In this document: in pieces, positions 53,620 through 64,000 of the stretch | How the letters are laid out: the number at the start of each line of letters is the position of its first letter | How positions within the stretch are numbered: position 1 is the first letter of the stretch | Virus record (IMG/VR): IMGVR_UViG_3300021964_000017 | DNA length: 64,000 nt | Direction: 5' to 3' (one strand) | Source: a virus | Notes under the pieces: generated by a model | Seen by the model: only the letters and a program-made list of their open reading frames with translations | The model's database searches: none | Told to the model about the DNA's origin: nothing | Translations under genes and position numbers: made by a program

Positions 53620-54939
53620 CTATGCTGGGTTCAGGATGTTGTCTACGCGGAAGATTCTGTAATACTGGTTAGCACGTGCTGTACCAATATCGTCGCCTGG
53701 TGTAGAACCTACGAATGGGTTTGCAACCATACCATAACGAGTTTTGAACCCGATACGTGGTTGGAAATCATTCTCGCCTACTGCACGGACCATAGTTAGT
53801 GGTACGTATGGGCAATAGAAGATACCTGCGTCATATGCGTTTGTACCTTTGTAGCCTACTGTGACATAGTCAGCAGTTGCATATGGATCGATGTATACTT
53901 TCATACGACCGTTCAAAGTACCTGCAAATGTGTTACCTGTATCGTCTACGTTTAGGCCTGTTGCCATTGCTGGTGTATAATCCAACATACCGGAAGCAGA
54001 CAAAGCCGTTGCAACGTCTGAAGAACAGATAACGATGTTACCTTTACCACGGCGTGTGTCTTTGGCAATTTGATTTGCTTCACGGTCAAGTTGTACTACC
54101 AGACCTTTGAACTTCTCTGCTGACCAACGGCCATCTGCGTCTGCTGACAGATCGAAGATACCTGGCTTAGTAGCGTTTGAAGTTGTGAAACCAGTTTTCG
54201 CACGAGAGTTGATTGTACGAATAACTTCACGGTTGATTTCAGCCAAGATCTCAGTTGACAAGATGTTTGCCAATTCTGTCTCAGCGTCAAGACCATGAAT
54301 CGCTTTCAAGTCTTGTGCAAGCTCGAGTGTGTACTCTGCTTTCAGCGCGCGTGACTTTGCAGTCACAGTTGCTTTTTCAATGGTGAAACCCATTTCAGCA
54401 AAAGAAGACTCACCAGTTGTTCCCAACTGTTCTGCGTTTGCTGTGGACATGCCACCACCAAATGTTGGTACTGCACCTGCAGAGTCAACATTAGCCAAGC
54501 CACTGAGACCAGTACCATCTGTTGATTGTGTTGAAGACGAGTCACCAGCAAAGCCTGAAATTGCTTCACCGAACAATGCTTCATCACCAGATGTGGCGCC
54601 AGCGCGTGTTGTTTTGTACTTGGACTTCATTGCGAAGATCAAGCCTGTTGGGCCAGACATTGGCTGAACACCACATACGTCATATGCCATCATGTTTGGC
54701 ATAGCACGGCGTACGAGTGAAATCAATACTGGGTTCCAGTTTGCTGCAACAGATGTGTTGTTGGCAGCTGCATCTTCCGTCATCATTGAGGCTTGTTCGC
54801 CTTGCTCACGGATTGCTTTTTCTGTGTTCTCCAGAACGACAGCGGTAACAGCACGCTTGTGAGCGTCCTGAATTGAACCGGCTGATTCTTCGTTCAATAC
54901 CGGAGACCATTTCTCTACGAGACGATCATAAGTTTCCAT
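53620..54939 (-). CDS. gp23: Major capsid protein
   Basis: LISLVRR, GVQPMSGPTGLIFAM, SRALKAEYTLELAQDLKAIHGLDAE, FYCPYVPL, GFKTRYG. Confidence 0.98.
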   Translation of the reverse strand: METYDRLVEKWSPVLNEESAGSIQDAHKRAVTAVVLENTEKAIREQGEQASMMTEDAAANNTSVAANWNPVLISLVRRAMPNMMAYDVCGVQPMSGPTGLIFAMKSKYKTTRAGATSGDEALFGEAISGFAGDSSSTQSTDGTGLSGLANVDSAGAVPTFGGGMSTANAEQLGTTGESSFAEMGFTIEKATVTAKSRALKAEYTLELAQDLKAIHGLDAETELANILSTEILAEINREVIRTINSRAKTGFTTSNATKPGIFDLSADADGRWSAEKFKGLVVQLDREANQIAKDTRRGKGNIVICSSDVATALSASGMLDYTPAMATGLNVDDTGNTFAGTLNGRMKVYIDPYATADYVTVGYKGTNAYDAGIFYCPYVPLTMVRAVGENDFQPRIGFKTRYGMVANPFVGSTPGDDIGTARANQYYRIFRVDNILNPA

Positions 54940-54954
54940 AATTGGATCTCCTAC

Positions 54955-55887
54955 TTACTTATTTGTTTTGCGTAATGCATTAAGGTACTGTTCCATCATT
55001 GGAGATACTTCTACTTCATCGGAAGTGTCATCTGCATCTTCTACAACGGACTCAGCGGTTTTTTTAGCGCCAAAATATGATTCTTTCAACGTAGCGACTT
55101 TCTGTGTAAAAGACTTTTCGTTTTCAAAATCTACATTTTCAGCAAGTGATGTTAGCTTTTCAACTTGTGTTTCTGCTAGATCCTTAGAAGCTTCGCGAAT
55201 AACCGCTGCGCGCTTATATGATTCCAACTCTTCTGCAAGTGAAAGACTCTTAGCAGTTGCTTCATTGATCCGAGCTTCAAGATCTACATTAGCTTCTGCT
55301 AGTTCATCAACTAGGTCTACTTTGGATTCTGGGACTTCAATGTAAGACTCGACGAACACGTCTTTCAACTTGCTCATAAAGCCTTCTGCAATCTCAGTAC
55401 GAAGACCGGTTTGAATTGCAACTTTGTTATCTTCCATCCATTGCTCAACTACATAGTTGAGGTAGCTGTCTACTTTCTCTACAAGATCGGCTTTTGTTGT
55501 AGAAACTTCTTCTGCCAATTGCTCAGCATATTCTGTTTCCAAACGATCGATCTCTTCTGAAAGTTTAGACTTAACCGCCGCTTCGAAAATCACTGCAGTT
55601 TTAGCTTTGAACTCTTCGCTCAATGTAGCTTCAGATTCTACAAGTGCATTCAGGTCGTCACTAAAATCTCCATCAAAATCTACGTCTTCGGCCTTCATAG
55701 CCTTGCCTGCAGCTTTCAATTCGGACGGTTGGCTGTTGCTCTTATCACCCTTGCGCTTTGCAGCTTTGGGGCCTTTGTTCTCAGCAGCATCTACAGATGC
55801 AACTGATTGAGCTTCAGCATTCTTTGGATCGTGAGCTTCTTCGATTTCCTCGTCGAGCTCAACATCATAATCGATTTGATCAGTCAT
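54955..55887 (-). CDS. gp22: Prohead core scaffold protein
   Basis: LSEEFK...IFEAAV, VDSYLNYVVEQW, LKESYF. Confidence 0.93.
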   Translation of the reverse strand: MTDQIDYDVELDEEIEEAHDPKNAEAQSVASVDAAENKGPKAAKRKGDKSNSQPSELKAAGKAMKAEDVDFDGDFSDDLNALVESEATLSEEFKAKTAVIFEAAVKSKLSEEIDRLETEYAEQLAEEVSTTKADLVEKVDSYLNYVVEQWMEDNKVAIQTGLRTEIAEGFMSKLKDVFVESYIEVPESKVDLVDELAEANVDLEARINEATAKSLSLAEELESYKRAAVIREASKDLAETQVEKLTSLAENVDFENEKSFTQKVATLKESYFGAKKTAESVVEDADDTSDEVEVSPMMEQYLNALRKTNK

Positions 55888-55898
55888 GTCTGACTCCT

Positions 55899-56558
55899 TT
55901 ACAATTTAGTTTTCATTAACGAGAGGAAATTTTTAAACTCACGTGTCTGCACCTCATAAAGGTCAGCACGTGGAGCCTTCTTAATTTCAGTCTCCATTTG
56001 TTCAATTACTTGAGATTCGATAATACCATTATTCCAGATCCATTCAACACCTTCCATTATTCCATTTACAAAAGCTGTTGGCGCTGATGGATCTTGCACG
56101 ATATCAACCGTGTTTAGAATGAAGTCGTCTTTGACGTACATAGTACCATTTCTTTCCTCAAGGCTACCCATACCACGAGTTGACACTCCTAGTTGAACAC
56201 CACCTTCAAGTAAACCCTTTACGATATTACCCATTGGAGTATCCAAAATTTGTGCCTTACCCATAACATCATTTCCCTTAAAATTAAGTTCTGTAATCTT
56301 ATGAGATACTTTATCCAAGTTAACAGTTGGTCCGTCTGGGTGATTCAATTCACCTACAGCTCTGTTCTTGGAAACCTGTTCAGTAACATACTTATCCACA
56401 GCCTTTTCCATAATGGCTTTAGGGTAGATACGTCCGTTTCTATTCTTTGCTTCTGATTGCATGAAGACGCCTTCGATGAAGTGATTCTTTGTACCATCTT
56501 CATTGGCTTCAACAAGACATTCAATGTTCTGTTCGTTATATTCTGCAATCAGTTTCAT
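55899..56558 (-). CDS. gp21: Prohead protease
   Basis: NRNGRIYP, GELNHP, GVSTRGMGS, DIVQDPSAP. Confidence 0.96.
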   Translation of the reverse strand: MKLIAEYNEQNIECLVEANEDGTKNHFIEGVFMQSEAKNRNGRIYPKAIMEKAVDKYVTEQVSKNRAVGELNHPDGPTVNLDKVSHKITELNFKGNDVMGKAQILDTPMGNIVKGLLEGGVQLGVSTRGMGSLEERNGTMYVKDDFILNTVDIVQDPSAPTAFVNGIMEGVEWIWNNGIIESQVIEQMETEIKKAPRADLYEVQTREFKNFLSLMKTKL

Positions 56559-56773
56559 GATCTTGCGTCCCAATATGTTTTACTTATTTCGCCATGATCT
56601 ACATTACCGCTACCAACTCTTCTACAGCGAGTGTATACACTATGACCAAACTCGGTTCTAATTCCGTTAGTCTGCTTTTGCCACAACGGTCTCATGGGGT
56701 GATTAGCACCAGGATCAGGTGGAGCATTATCATACTCATACTGATCATTATTTGGTATTGCTACAAACGCCAT
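56555..56773 (-). CDS. Hypothetical protein
   Basis: 72-aa coupled ORF in the head module. Confidence 0.65.
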   Translation of the reverse strand: MAFVAIPNNDQYEYDNAPPDPGANHPMRPLWQKQTNGIRTEFGHSVYTRCRRVGSGNVDHGEISKTYWDARS

Positions 56774-56774
56774 T

Positions 56775-56987
56775 TTAACCCTTATAAGCCTTTACAAATT
56801 GTTTCGCCATCTTCTCAGCCTCACGCTGAGTTTTATAAGCATCTAATCTATCACCGTCAAGATAAACTACAAACCCTGATTTCTCTTTATGGATCATCAC
56901 AGGAATACGGTCTATCTTTTTATTAAAGACCATGTCGCCCGAAGGATGTCTACCCAGCTTTTCTCTAAGTTGTCCAAACGTCTTCAT
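56775..56987 (-). CDS. Small head-module protein with a capsid-targeting-like N-terminus
   Basis: MKTFGQLRE; late promoter at 57016-57023; gp68 position. Confidence 0.7.
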   Translation of the reverse strand: MKTFGQLREKLGRHPSGDMVFNKKIDRIPVMIHKEKSGFVVYLDGDRLDAYKTQREAEKMAKQFVKAYKG

Positions 56988-57015
56988 TTCTACACAGTCT
57001 CTTATTATTGTAATT

Positions 57016-57023
57016 TATTTATA
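57016..57023 (-). promoter_or_regulatory. Late promoter
   Basis: TATAAATA. Confidence 0.75.
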
Positions 57024-57045
57024 TAAAATAAAATTTAGGGAAAGA

Positions 57046-57369
57046 TTATTGCTCTTCTTCGTCAGATTCGGAATCATCATCACCTTCATCCTCATCATCC
57101 TCATCATCTTCCAGTTCAAGAGCTTCTTCAGCTGCATCGTCTAGTTCATCCTCATCATCGATGTTAGGATCATCCAAGTCCAGTTCATACTGATCTTGAT
57201 CTGCACGCTCTTCTGGATCAACTCCATTGTAAACTTGATTGGCTATTTTTACCTTCTCTTGTTCCAATGATTGGTTGACCATATCACCCATAATGTCTTT
57301 AAACATAGGGGCTGCGCTTGCAAAGTCTTGATTAATAACCTGATCCAAAAAGTCTGTTACTTCTGCCAT
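57046..57369 (-). CDS. Prohead core protein (gp67-like)
   Basis: Very acidic C-terminus, directly after the portal gene. Confidence 0.7.
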   Translation of the reverse strand: MAEVTDFLDQVINQDFASAAPMFKDIMGDMVNQSLEQEKVKIANQVYNGVDPEERADQDQYELDLDDPNIDDEDELDDAAEEALELEDDEDDEDEGDDDSESDEEEQ

Positions 57370-57398
57370 TTTATACTCCACTATTATTCATTTGATTG

Positions 57399-58919
57399 TT
57401 ATTCATTGTCTTGAGGTTGTTGGTCTTCATCATCATTTATATCACCAGCTTTTACTTCATCGGCAATCTGCTTCTTCATTTCATCAATCTGGTTTTCATC
57501 GAGGAACAGAACATTCTTCATAACATATTCTTTGGAGAAGAACTCTCCCACATATTGTTGCATCATATCTAGGGTCTGTAATCTTTCCCTGAGAAGTTCA
57601 GCATCTTTAAGTTCTGTGAAATGATTATCACGAACATACTCAATATTAATATTTTCTTTCCAGCTATCCCAATCTTCTTGAGTGATAATCCCTTTAAGAA
57701 TTAATTGTTTCTTTAAGATATTATAGAAAAGGTTATCAAAACGAGAACGGAGTCTGTCAATAAACTTCTGGAACTTCAACTCGTCTCTCGTGATCTCTGT
57801 AGATCTACCTAGTGAGAACTGAGACTCTTGCTCAAGTCTATTAATAGGAACATTTAACGAACGATATAGACGTTTTTGGAAATATATAATGTCATCGATT
57901 TGTCCGAGATTTTCACCACCTGGCAAAGTTGATATTTCAGTCCCTCTACCACCTTCACGACGAGGAAGCCAAAAGTCTTCCAACATCGACATATGTTTAC
58001 GATCATCTCTGATGGCTCCTGTATTAGCGTCATATACCAGTTTGTTCCGGTATTTAGCCATGATACCTTTCATATATTCTTCTGACTTACCTTTTGGAAG
58101 GTTGCCCACATCAATGTAAAAGATACGTCTTTCGGGCGCGCGGGCCAAACGATAGATGACCAAAGAGTCTTCCATCATACGTAGTTGGTTAATAGGTTTT
58201 AGAGCTTTGTGTAGATGAGAGACTACTTTCTTACGAGCCTCATCCAACAGACCTGATGTTACATAAGAAACACTATCTGCTGTAATCTTAACACCCTGAT
58301 TGGTTCCACCTGGTTTCTCTTGGTAGATGTAGAATTCGTCTACACGCTCGACCAACGTTGCACCTGTATCAGGATCTTTTTTCTTCTTGACTTGTTTAAC
58401 TTTTTTAATTTTTGCTGCATCGATAGGACGAACCTCTTGAATACCAGCTTTAAGATTTCTCTCGTCTAGCACAAGATGGTGGAACATGCGACCATCAATA
58501 TACCAACGCTTGAACATATCATGTCCAAGATCATTAAAGTTGAGCATAGACAATACAGAACTAAATTCTTCAGCCATTGCTTTTTTAATACTGTCGCTCA
58601 AACCATCTACGTTATCAAGATTAAGTCTTACGGGAGGCTCGTTCTGACTGGATGAGATTGCTTCACCAACAATATCCTCAACTGCTGCATCAACCTCGGG
58701 GTGATGGGACACAGCACGATATTGCATAATTAATTGTTTTTCATCTTTGGATTTTTCACCATCTAAGTCTACATAGGTACCATAGTGTGCACCTGCAGCT
58801 GTGACAAAGCCTGCACCATCCTCATCTACCGGAGGAACAATAGATTGCAACTTGCCTTGCTGTCTATTGCGGGCTCGTTTAATCTCGAACCCAAATAATT
58901 TAATACTGTCGTCAGCCAT
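57399..58919 (-). CDS. gp20: Portal protein
   Basis: WYIDGR, NQLRMMEDSLVIYRLARAPERRIFYIDVGNLPK, EDFWLPRREGGRGTEI. Confidence 0.98.
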   Translation of the reverse strand: MADDSIKLFGFEIKRARNRQQGKLQSIVPPVDEDGAGFVTAAGAHYGTYVDLDGEKSKDEKQLIMQYRAVSHHPEVDAAVEDIVGEAISSSQNEPPVRLNLDNVDGLSDSIKKAMAEEFSSVLSMLNFNDLGHDMFKRWYIDGRMFHHLVLDERNLKAGIQEVRPIDAAKIKKVKQVKKKKDPDTGATLVERVDEFYIYQEKPGGTNQGVKITADSVSYVTSGLLDEARKKVVSHLHKALKPINQLRMMEDSLVIYRLARAPERRIFYIDVGNLPKGKSEEYMKGIMAKYRNKLVYDANTGAIRDDRKHMSMLEDFWLPRREGGRGTEISTLPGGENLGQIDDIIYFQKRLYRSLNVPINRLEQESQFSLGRSTEITRDELKFQKFIDRLRSRFDNLFYNILKKQLILKGIITQEDWDSWKENINIEYVRDNHFTELKDAELLRERLQTLDMMQQYVGEFFSKEYVMKNVLFLDENQIDEMKKQIADEVKAGDINDDEDQQPQDNE

Positions 58920-58965
58920 ATTAATTCCTAGTTAGAGTTGGCGAGGCCATTTCTAGCCTCGCCTG

Positions 58966-58973
58966 TATTTATA
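58966..58973 (-). promoter_or_regulatory. Late promoter followed by a GC hairpin (58940-58963)
   Basis: TATAAATA, then GGCGAGGC...GCCTCGCC. Confidence 0.7.
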
Positions 58974-58979
58974 GGACTC

Positions 58980-59507
58980 TTACGAAGTGGTGTTTGATTC
59001 CCAGTACTGGACTTGGAACTCAACAGTGAATCGTTCAATCTCATTTTCTGATGCATAGCTCAGATCGATTGGTGATACAGCTGTTGGGAAACAACCGCGG
59101 AAGTTATATGTCTTAATTGTAGAACCATCTTTATCAAGTTGCTCTACAACAAGATCAGCTTCGTAATCAACTACGTTTACAAGACCGGTGTTTGCACTGT
59201 GTGCATTCATACCGTTCATCCAACGCTCCATTGAGTCACGAATTACAAAATCCGTATCGTTAATGATAGTTGGAGTCCATACATCAAATGTACGATCTCC
59301 AGCCATTTTCAATTGTCTACCTCTGAATGGGACAACAATCGGTGAGATTGTTGAACCAGGTAGCTGTGCTGCCTCACAGAGGAATGAAGATGCTTCTACA
59401 TCGCCCCCTGCATAAGCTGGGAAGTTGATTGTCGCTTTGAACAGATTAGGTCTAGCGCCGCCACCTCTCAGCTTGGCTTTAAAGTCGTCTACTCCTAGAA
59501 TAGCCAT
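58980..59507 (-). CDS. gp19: Tail tube protein
   Basis: GGARPNLF, FRGRQLKMAGDRTF, NDTDF, FPT. Confidence 0.96.
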   Translation of the reverse strand: MAILGVDDFKAKLRGGGARPNLFKATINFPAYAGGDVEASSFLCEAAQLPGSTISPIVVPFRGRQLKMAGDRTFDVWTPTIINDTDFVIRDSMERWMNGMNAHSANTGLVNVVDYEADLVVEQLDKDGSTIKTYNFRGCFPTAVSPIDLSYASENEIERFTVEFQVQYWESNTTS

Positions 59508-59527
59508 TTATTTACTCCTCTGACCTG

Positions 59528-61249
59528 TTATACTGTGCCTGCGACTTCTTCGAAGTCAACACCAGTTCTAACAGCTACGAAGTTCAGAGTTACGTAGTTA
59601 ATTGAACGTGCGGGCTTGACGAAGATGTTCGCGATGAATTCATTGCGGTCTACAACTGCTGCTCCATTGTTGGTTGCATCGCAAACAACTTTGAAGTCTG
59701 TAATACCACGGCGACCTTGAATCTCTCTCAAGAATGGCTCTACAATGTTTACAAACTCAGCGCGAGTAAACTCATCGTTGAATTCAAACATTACATTTCT
59801 AGCCGCTGCTGCAATCGCTCTTTCCATGACAAGGAACAATCTACGAACATTAACTCTATCAAATGCAGATGGTCTGTTCAAGAATGTTTTGTCACCAAAA
59901 AGCAGAATGCCTTGGCCAGGAATGTTTGCCACAGGATTGACTCCAGCTTTATATAGTGCATCTCTTTGTGCCTTTGTAGGAGAATAAGACAAAGCTGTCA
60001 CACCAAAGTACTGTCCACGTCTCTGACCTGCTGGTGAGAACCATGGAGCTGCGTTAGCGTCTGTGGCTGCCATTACACCTGCTGTTGTTGATGCAGCTGG
60101 GATAAAGACATATTGGTCGTTAAATTTGTCGTAGACTTTAAGGTAGTTATTGTCTACAACTAGGTATGAAGAACTGTTGAAAGATCCTACTGTAGTAGTT
60201 GTTGCCGAGACTGGAGTAGAGTTGTTAACAACTGCTGCTCTGTCTGGAGAGGTTACTACTACACAATCTTTTCTAGTTGTACCTGCGATACCTACTAGAT
60301 TGTTTACTACTGTTGCCTGGTCAGCGGCGTTTGCCATACCAGGTGCAATCAAAAAGTCAACCTGGATGGTGTCTGTATCTTTGTACAAATCAAAGCCAGT
60401 TGCTACTTCAGTAGTTGTCAGAGAACCTGAATCAACACCACCAGTAAGAGACTTACTAATTGCTGCTGATGGGTTGCCAAAAGTTAGACCTGAAGCTGCA
60501 GAACCTGCATTTGTCATTGTAGAAAGATCACCGTCCCAATGTGCCAACCACACGTAGTTGGAACTAGAGTTGATTACATCTAGTGCATAGTTTGATGAGC
60601 CGTCAGTTGCTTTTGCATCACTGGCCATAGATACGAATGCAAATCTTTCGAGAACAGTTCCTACTGTACCTGAAAATTCACCATCTTCGTCTACAACTAC
60701 AACATGACACTCATCACCTGAAGCGCTTCTGGCAGATGCGTATGCTGATGTTCCTGGTGCCGCGTCGAACTCACTATTGTAAGCCCATGCTGCAAATCCT
60801 GCCGCTGTACAAATATCTACTTTAAGTGAGTTGCCGAGCGCGCCGGCCCATTTAGCAATCCAGGCACCTACGTTGGTATCGCCTGAGTCTGCACCAAATG
60901 CACTTTTTACTGTCTCCCAATGATCCTTGTTGTTAACTGTTGTTACAACAGATGTTGAGGAGGTTGCGTTTTTAGCTGCTGATGTAATCTCGCGAACGAC
61001 AAACATTGCAGCGGAATATCTTAGAAATTGTGCTGCGGACAAAAAGTCTACTGCACCAGTTGCTGTGGGGGATCCAAACTTCTCGGCAAGCGTGGCCTCT
61101 GTGTCAACCAGAGTAGCTTTCTTTGCTGGACCCCAGCGAAAATTTCCTACGAAAGCACCAGTAGTTGACTGTACATTAGGGACAAAACCCGAAAGGTCAA
61201 CTTCCTTAACTGTAATCGCAGGAGATTCAGAGGGACTAAATACTGCCAT
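59528..61249 (-). CDS. gp18: Contractile tail sheath protein
   Basis: SP..TVKEVDL, PWFSPAG..RG, FGDKT, FDRVNVRRLF, FEFNDEFTR, KPARSIN. Confidence 0.97.
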   Translation of the reverse strand: MAVFSPSESPAITVKEVDLSGFVPNVQSTTGAFVGNFRWGPAKKATLVDTEATLAEKFGSPTATGAVDFLSAAQFLRYSAAMFVVREITSAAKNATSSTSVVTTVNNKDHWETVKSAFGADSGDTNVGAWIAKWAGALGNSLKVDICTAAGFAAWAYNSEFDAAPGTSAYASARSASGDECHVVVVDEDGEFSGTVGTVLERFAFVSMASDAKATDGSSNYALDVINSSSNYVWLAHWDGDLSTMTNAGSAASGLTFGNPSAAISKSLTGGVDSGSLTTTEVATGFDLYKDTDTIQVDFLIAPGMANAADQATVVNNLVGIAGTTRKDCVVVTSPDRAAVVNNSTPVSATTTTVGSFNSSSYLVVDNNYLKVYDKFNDQYVFIPAASTTAGVMAATDANAAPWFSPAGQRRGQYFGVTALSYSPTKAQRDALYKAGVNPVANIPGQGILLFGDKTFLNRPSAFDRVNVRRLFLVMERAIAAAARNVMFEFNDEFTRAEFVNIVEPFLREIQGRRGITDFKVVCDATNNGAAVVDRNEFIANIFVKPARSINYVTLNFVAVRTGVDFEEVAGTV

Positions 61250-61309
61250 TTCTCTTTTCCTTTTGAGTTAATGATAAGATGTCATAATAAGGCTATGTTC
61301 AATTACCAT

Positions 61310-61317
61310 TATTTATA
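61310..61317 (-). promoter_or_regulatory. Late promoter for gp18
   Basis: TATAAATA. Confidence 0.75.
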
Positions 61318-61329
61318 ACATTTTAAAAC

Positions 61330-62940
61330 TCAGTAATATTCTTCCACCCAAGGCTTTCCACCATGAATATTCCATTCATCAGGTTCAGGTTCAGGAAGTA
61401 TCTGATCTAATCCATCATCATGATATCCCCAATCAAGAATATCATTTTCAATCTCTGACATTCTTTGTTTGAACATCATCTCTTTCATATTAATATCTGT
61501 CATCTCAAGAAACAGATCGCCCAATGTAAAGTAACCAAACATAACAAGGTTCATCATTAAATCATCATGATTGCCATCAGACGCCTCATACGACTGACCT
61601 TTAGCAACAAATGTAGACATCTCAATAATAGTTTCTTGGTCATGAATATTTAGTTTATTGCTTTCAAGAATGTCTTTGATTGTTGAACATCCAAGCCGTT
61701 TAACTTTCTTATTCATTGTAACACCAAGACCATTAGCCTTCAATGCTGATTCAAGATGTAGGTTCTCATATTCCAATTCATAGTATAACCCATTACATAC
61801 AATGGATCCTTGGTCATTATTCTCTACAACAACATACGCTTCATTGTAGTTCTTTGCGTACTTATATATCATGTTGGGAAATAAGATTGGAGACATCTTA
61901 TTGTTTCTGTATACACATACCTGTTCAAATGGTGAAGTTGATATGTCTATAATATTGAAAGTAGAGTAATCACCACCAACGCCTTTAGCAACGTCGACAG
62001 TACAAATATAGCGGTGATCTTTTTCGGGTTCTTTATATACAAGGAGTGAGCCTCCTTCCAACGCAACGATAGGATTTTTAGCGCGAAGTCCCATGAGAGT
62101 TGCACCATCGATTAACGTGTCCCCTGTTCCAAAAAAGGTGTTGCCAAACTCTTGATCAAACTGTAGCTTAGATGTGTTGGCAATTGTTTGTTCCTTCCAT
62201 TGTTCATCTCGACCTGGAACATCATACCAATCAACTCTGAAAGGTTTGTACTCGTTTGTCTTCTGAACAGCACCTTCCCACAGTCTATGATACATGTTCC
62301 CAATACCATTGGCAGTGGAAGTGATAATAACTTTAGTGTTCTTACCAGATGCAATAACAGGATATGTTGAAGTATAGAAGGTAGCAGCATCTTCAACAAA
62401 TGCAAACTCGTCGAGGTATAGCAAGTTAACAGACATACCACGAATCGATGATCCAGATGTCGCTGCTGATACAATTCGAGAGTTATTACTAAACTCAATA
62501 GAACGCTTGTTGAGAGCTTTTGTCCCAGGTTGTAGAAAGAATGGAAGGTTCTCTAACATAAGAGTTACCCTCATCAACATCTCTTGTGCTGTTGCACCTT
62601 TGTTGGCTAGAATAGCAATAGTCTGATCTGGATGGAATGTTGCATACCATAGAAGATATGCTACTGATGATATTGACTTACCTGACTGTCGACAAGCAAG
62701 CACAATGGAGAATCTGTTATCATCAAAATGATTAAACATCTTCTGTTGATAAGGATATAGATCAAACGGAACCAGACCTCTATCGAGGTTAATTACCTTA
62801 CAATAATTGATAGCAAAGTATGCAGGATCTTTACTGCATTTTATATACTCATCTACTTCATATTGAGTGTATTGTTGTACAGCCCCATCACGCTTTACGT
62901 TGATGTTACCATTATATGAGTCATTCATCATTCTGTTCAA
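61330..62940 (-). CDS. gp17: Terminase large subunit
   Basis: CRQSGKS, LYLDEFAF, ITSTANG, VDVAKG, HDDLMM. Confidence 0.97.
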   Translation of the reverse strand: MNRMMNDSYNGNINVKRDGAVQQYTQYEVDEYIKCSKDPAYFAINYCKVINLDRGLVPFDLYPYQQKMFNHFDDNRFSIVLACRQSGKSISSVAYLLWYATFHPDQTIAILANKGATAQEMLMRVTLMLENLPFFLQPGTKALNKRSIEFSNNSRIVSAATSGSSIRGMSVNLLYLDEFAFVEDAATFYTSTYPVIASGKNTKVIITSTANGIGNMYHRLWEGAVQKTNEYKPFRVDWYDVPGRDEQWKEQTIANTSKLQFDQEFGNTFFGTGDTLIDGATLMGLRAKNPIVALEGGSLLVYKEPEKDHRYICTVDVAKGVGGDYSTFNIIDISTSPFEQVCVYRNNKMSPILFPNMIYKYAKNYNEAYVVVENNDQGSIVCNGLYYELEYENLHLESALKANGLGVTMNKKVKRLGCSTIKDILESNKLNIHDQETIIEMSTFVAKGQSYEASDGNHDDLMMNLVMFGYFTLGDLFLEMTDINMKEMMFKQRMSEIENDILDWGYHDDGLDQILPEPEPDEWNIHGGKPWVEEYY

Positions 62941-63262
62941 TTGGTGTTACATCTTTCATCAATATCTTTTGCAGGTCAGCTGTTGATCCCACAAAAACAT
63001 TATTATTAGTAGTACCAGTTGGAAGAGCAGGAGTATCCTTTTTTTCCATATCATGCTTCTTCTTGTGTAGGTCCATAAGAGAGCCGTTAATATCACCCAT
63101 GTTCTTCATCATACCAGAGAGAACTTCAAACGCTCGAGGGTGCTCTGTAGCTCGAGCAACTTCCATCATATCTTCAAGAGCTTCAGAGCCCTTTGCTAAA
63201 AGATCGTGATAGATCTGTCTCGAGTACTCAAAGTCGTTTTCTTTATTATCATTCGAACTCAT
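62921..63262 (-). CDS. gp16: Terminase small subunit
   Basis: DFEYSR, HPRAFEV, NNNVFVGSTADLQK. Confidence 0.93.
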   Translation of the reverse strand: MSSNDNKENDFEYSRQIYHDLLAKGSEALEDMMEVARATEHPRAFEVLSGMMKNMGDINGSLMDLHKKKHDMEKKDTPALPTGTTNNNVFVGSTADLQKILMKDVTPIEQNDE

Positions 63263-64000
63263 AGTCATATTCTTCCAAGAATCCATAATCACTGTCTGCA
63301 CTTACACCTGCAGGTGTGGGTGTAATTGTCATAGTTAAGTAATCACTATCAGCAATGCCTTTACTGTCTAAATCAATTTTAGGAATAGATTTTGTAATTA
63401 CTTTACCATTGTTAAGTGGGCCATAGAAGTTAACTTTCATATCAAAATTCATTGTGTATATAATAGTTCTTCTTGACGCTAGATCACCCTCATAATCATC
63501 GTTGAAATCAACACTGGTAATAGTGATTGGAACATCTTCAATTACGTTGGGGTAATCTGTAAAAGGTTTTATTGAAACATTATATTGTGGATTAAAATAT
63601 GGTAAAATCTGCTCGACAATTTGAAGAGCATCATTCTGAGTTTTTGAATAAATATTCATTTGAAAACTAATAGTATATGGGACAAATGTGTTTATCTTTG
63701 TTCGTAGAGACGACGATGTCCCAGCTTGCTGAAAGTTTGTTGTTTTTTGCAGTTGTCTTGCTGGATCATAATTAATACCTACAATTTCAAAAGACATCCT
63801 AGGTAATTTAATTGCTACTCGTTGACCTTCTCCTAAATCAGCTTGTTCCCTAATCCTATCTAAAAATTTAGAACGAGGTGCATATGAAAGCGGAACTTTA
63901 ACCTGACTGACAACTTGATTTGATGCGCCAACTCTCAGGACGTATATATCGTTGAATAGTCTACCAAATGTAGCTACTGACTTTCGGATCCGTTCGTGAT
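63249..64000 (-). CDS. gp15: Tail sheath stabilizer/completion protein, partial, starts beyond the right edge
   Basis: Frame open to the edge: FGRLFNDI...VPLSYAPR...LPRMSFEI...DALQIVEQILPYFNP. Confidence 0.93.
   Translation of the reverse strand, partial: HERIRKSVATFGRLFNDIYVLRVGASNQVVSQVKVPLSYAPRSKFLDRIREQADLGEGQRVAIKLPRMSFEIVGINYDPARQLQKTTNFQQAGTSSSLRTKINTFVPYTISFQMNIYSKTQNDALQIVEQILPYFNPQYNVSIKPFTDYPNVIEDVPITITSVDFNDDYEGDLASRRTIIYTMNFDMKVNFYGPLNNGKVITKSIPKIDLDSKGIADSDYLTMTITPTPAGVSADSDYGFLEEYDYEFE

Noticed and set aside
57046-57200. TCATCC-type short repeats
   Set aside because: They simply encode the Asp/Glu-rich tail of the gp67-like protein.
54329-60557. Many plus-strand ORFs antisense to structural genes
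   Set aside because: Shadow ORFs caused by codon bias of gp18-gp23; no RBS or protein motifs.

Overview
A 64-kb segment of a T4-like myophage genome, almost all on the minus strand. The host is most likely a marine alphaproteobacterium, probably Rhodobacteraceae-like; this rests on a permuted two-piece tmRNA with a GGCGGUA T-loop and ANNNFAPSGLALAA tag, a DUF1127 protein, and a ROSE-like hsp20 leader. The right part (about 31-64 kb) is the T4 core: gp15-gp23, gp3, uvsY, uvsW, gp55, gp47, gp46, gp45, gp44, gp62, regA, hsp20, gp43, uvsX and gp41. It is interleaved with sugar-nucleotide/LPS genes (kdsA, tagD-like, ugd-like, epimerase), an APS kinase plus nucleotidyltransferase pair, and an AEP-type primase-like gene. 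The left part is accessory and holds five notable elements. (1) A 7-deazaguanine DNA-modification cluster (folE, queD, queE, DpdL-type T-fold protein, DpdA-like transglycosylase, no queC), with a purine PRTase, a nucleotide-kinase-like gene and a dUTPase/dCTP-deaminase-like gene. (2) A late-promoter operon of exported proteins containing a chaperone-usher-type pilin-like and chaperone-like pair, flanked by two small beta-barrel-like proteins. (3) An AT-rich tailoring-enzyme island with seven Fe(II)/2OG-type oxygenases, one with a halogenase-like HxA motif, plus a radical SAM enzyme and SDR, SGNH and sulfotransferase-like genes. (4) Late genes with T4-type capsid-targeting N-termini, including a PD-(D/E)XK nuclease. 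(5) Several unannotated structured non-coding elements. All calls come from motif recognition by eye; no searches were run.
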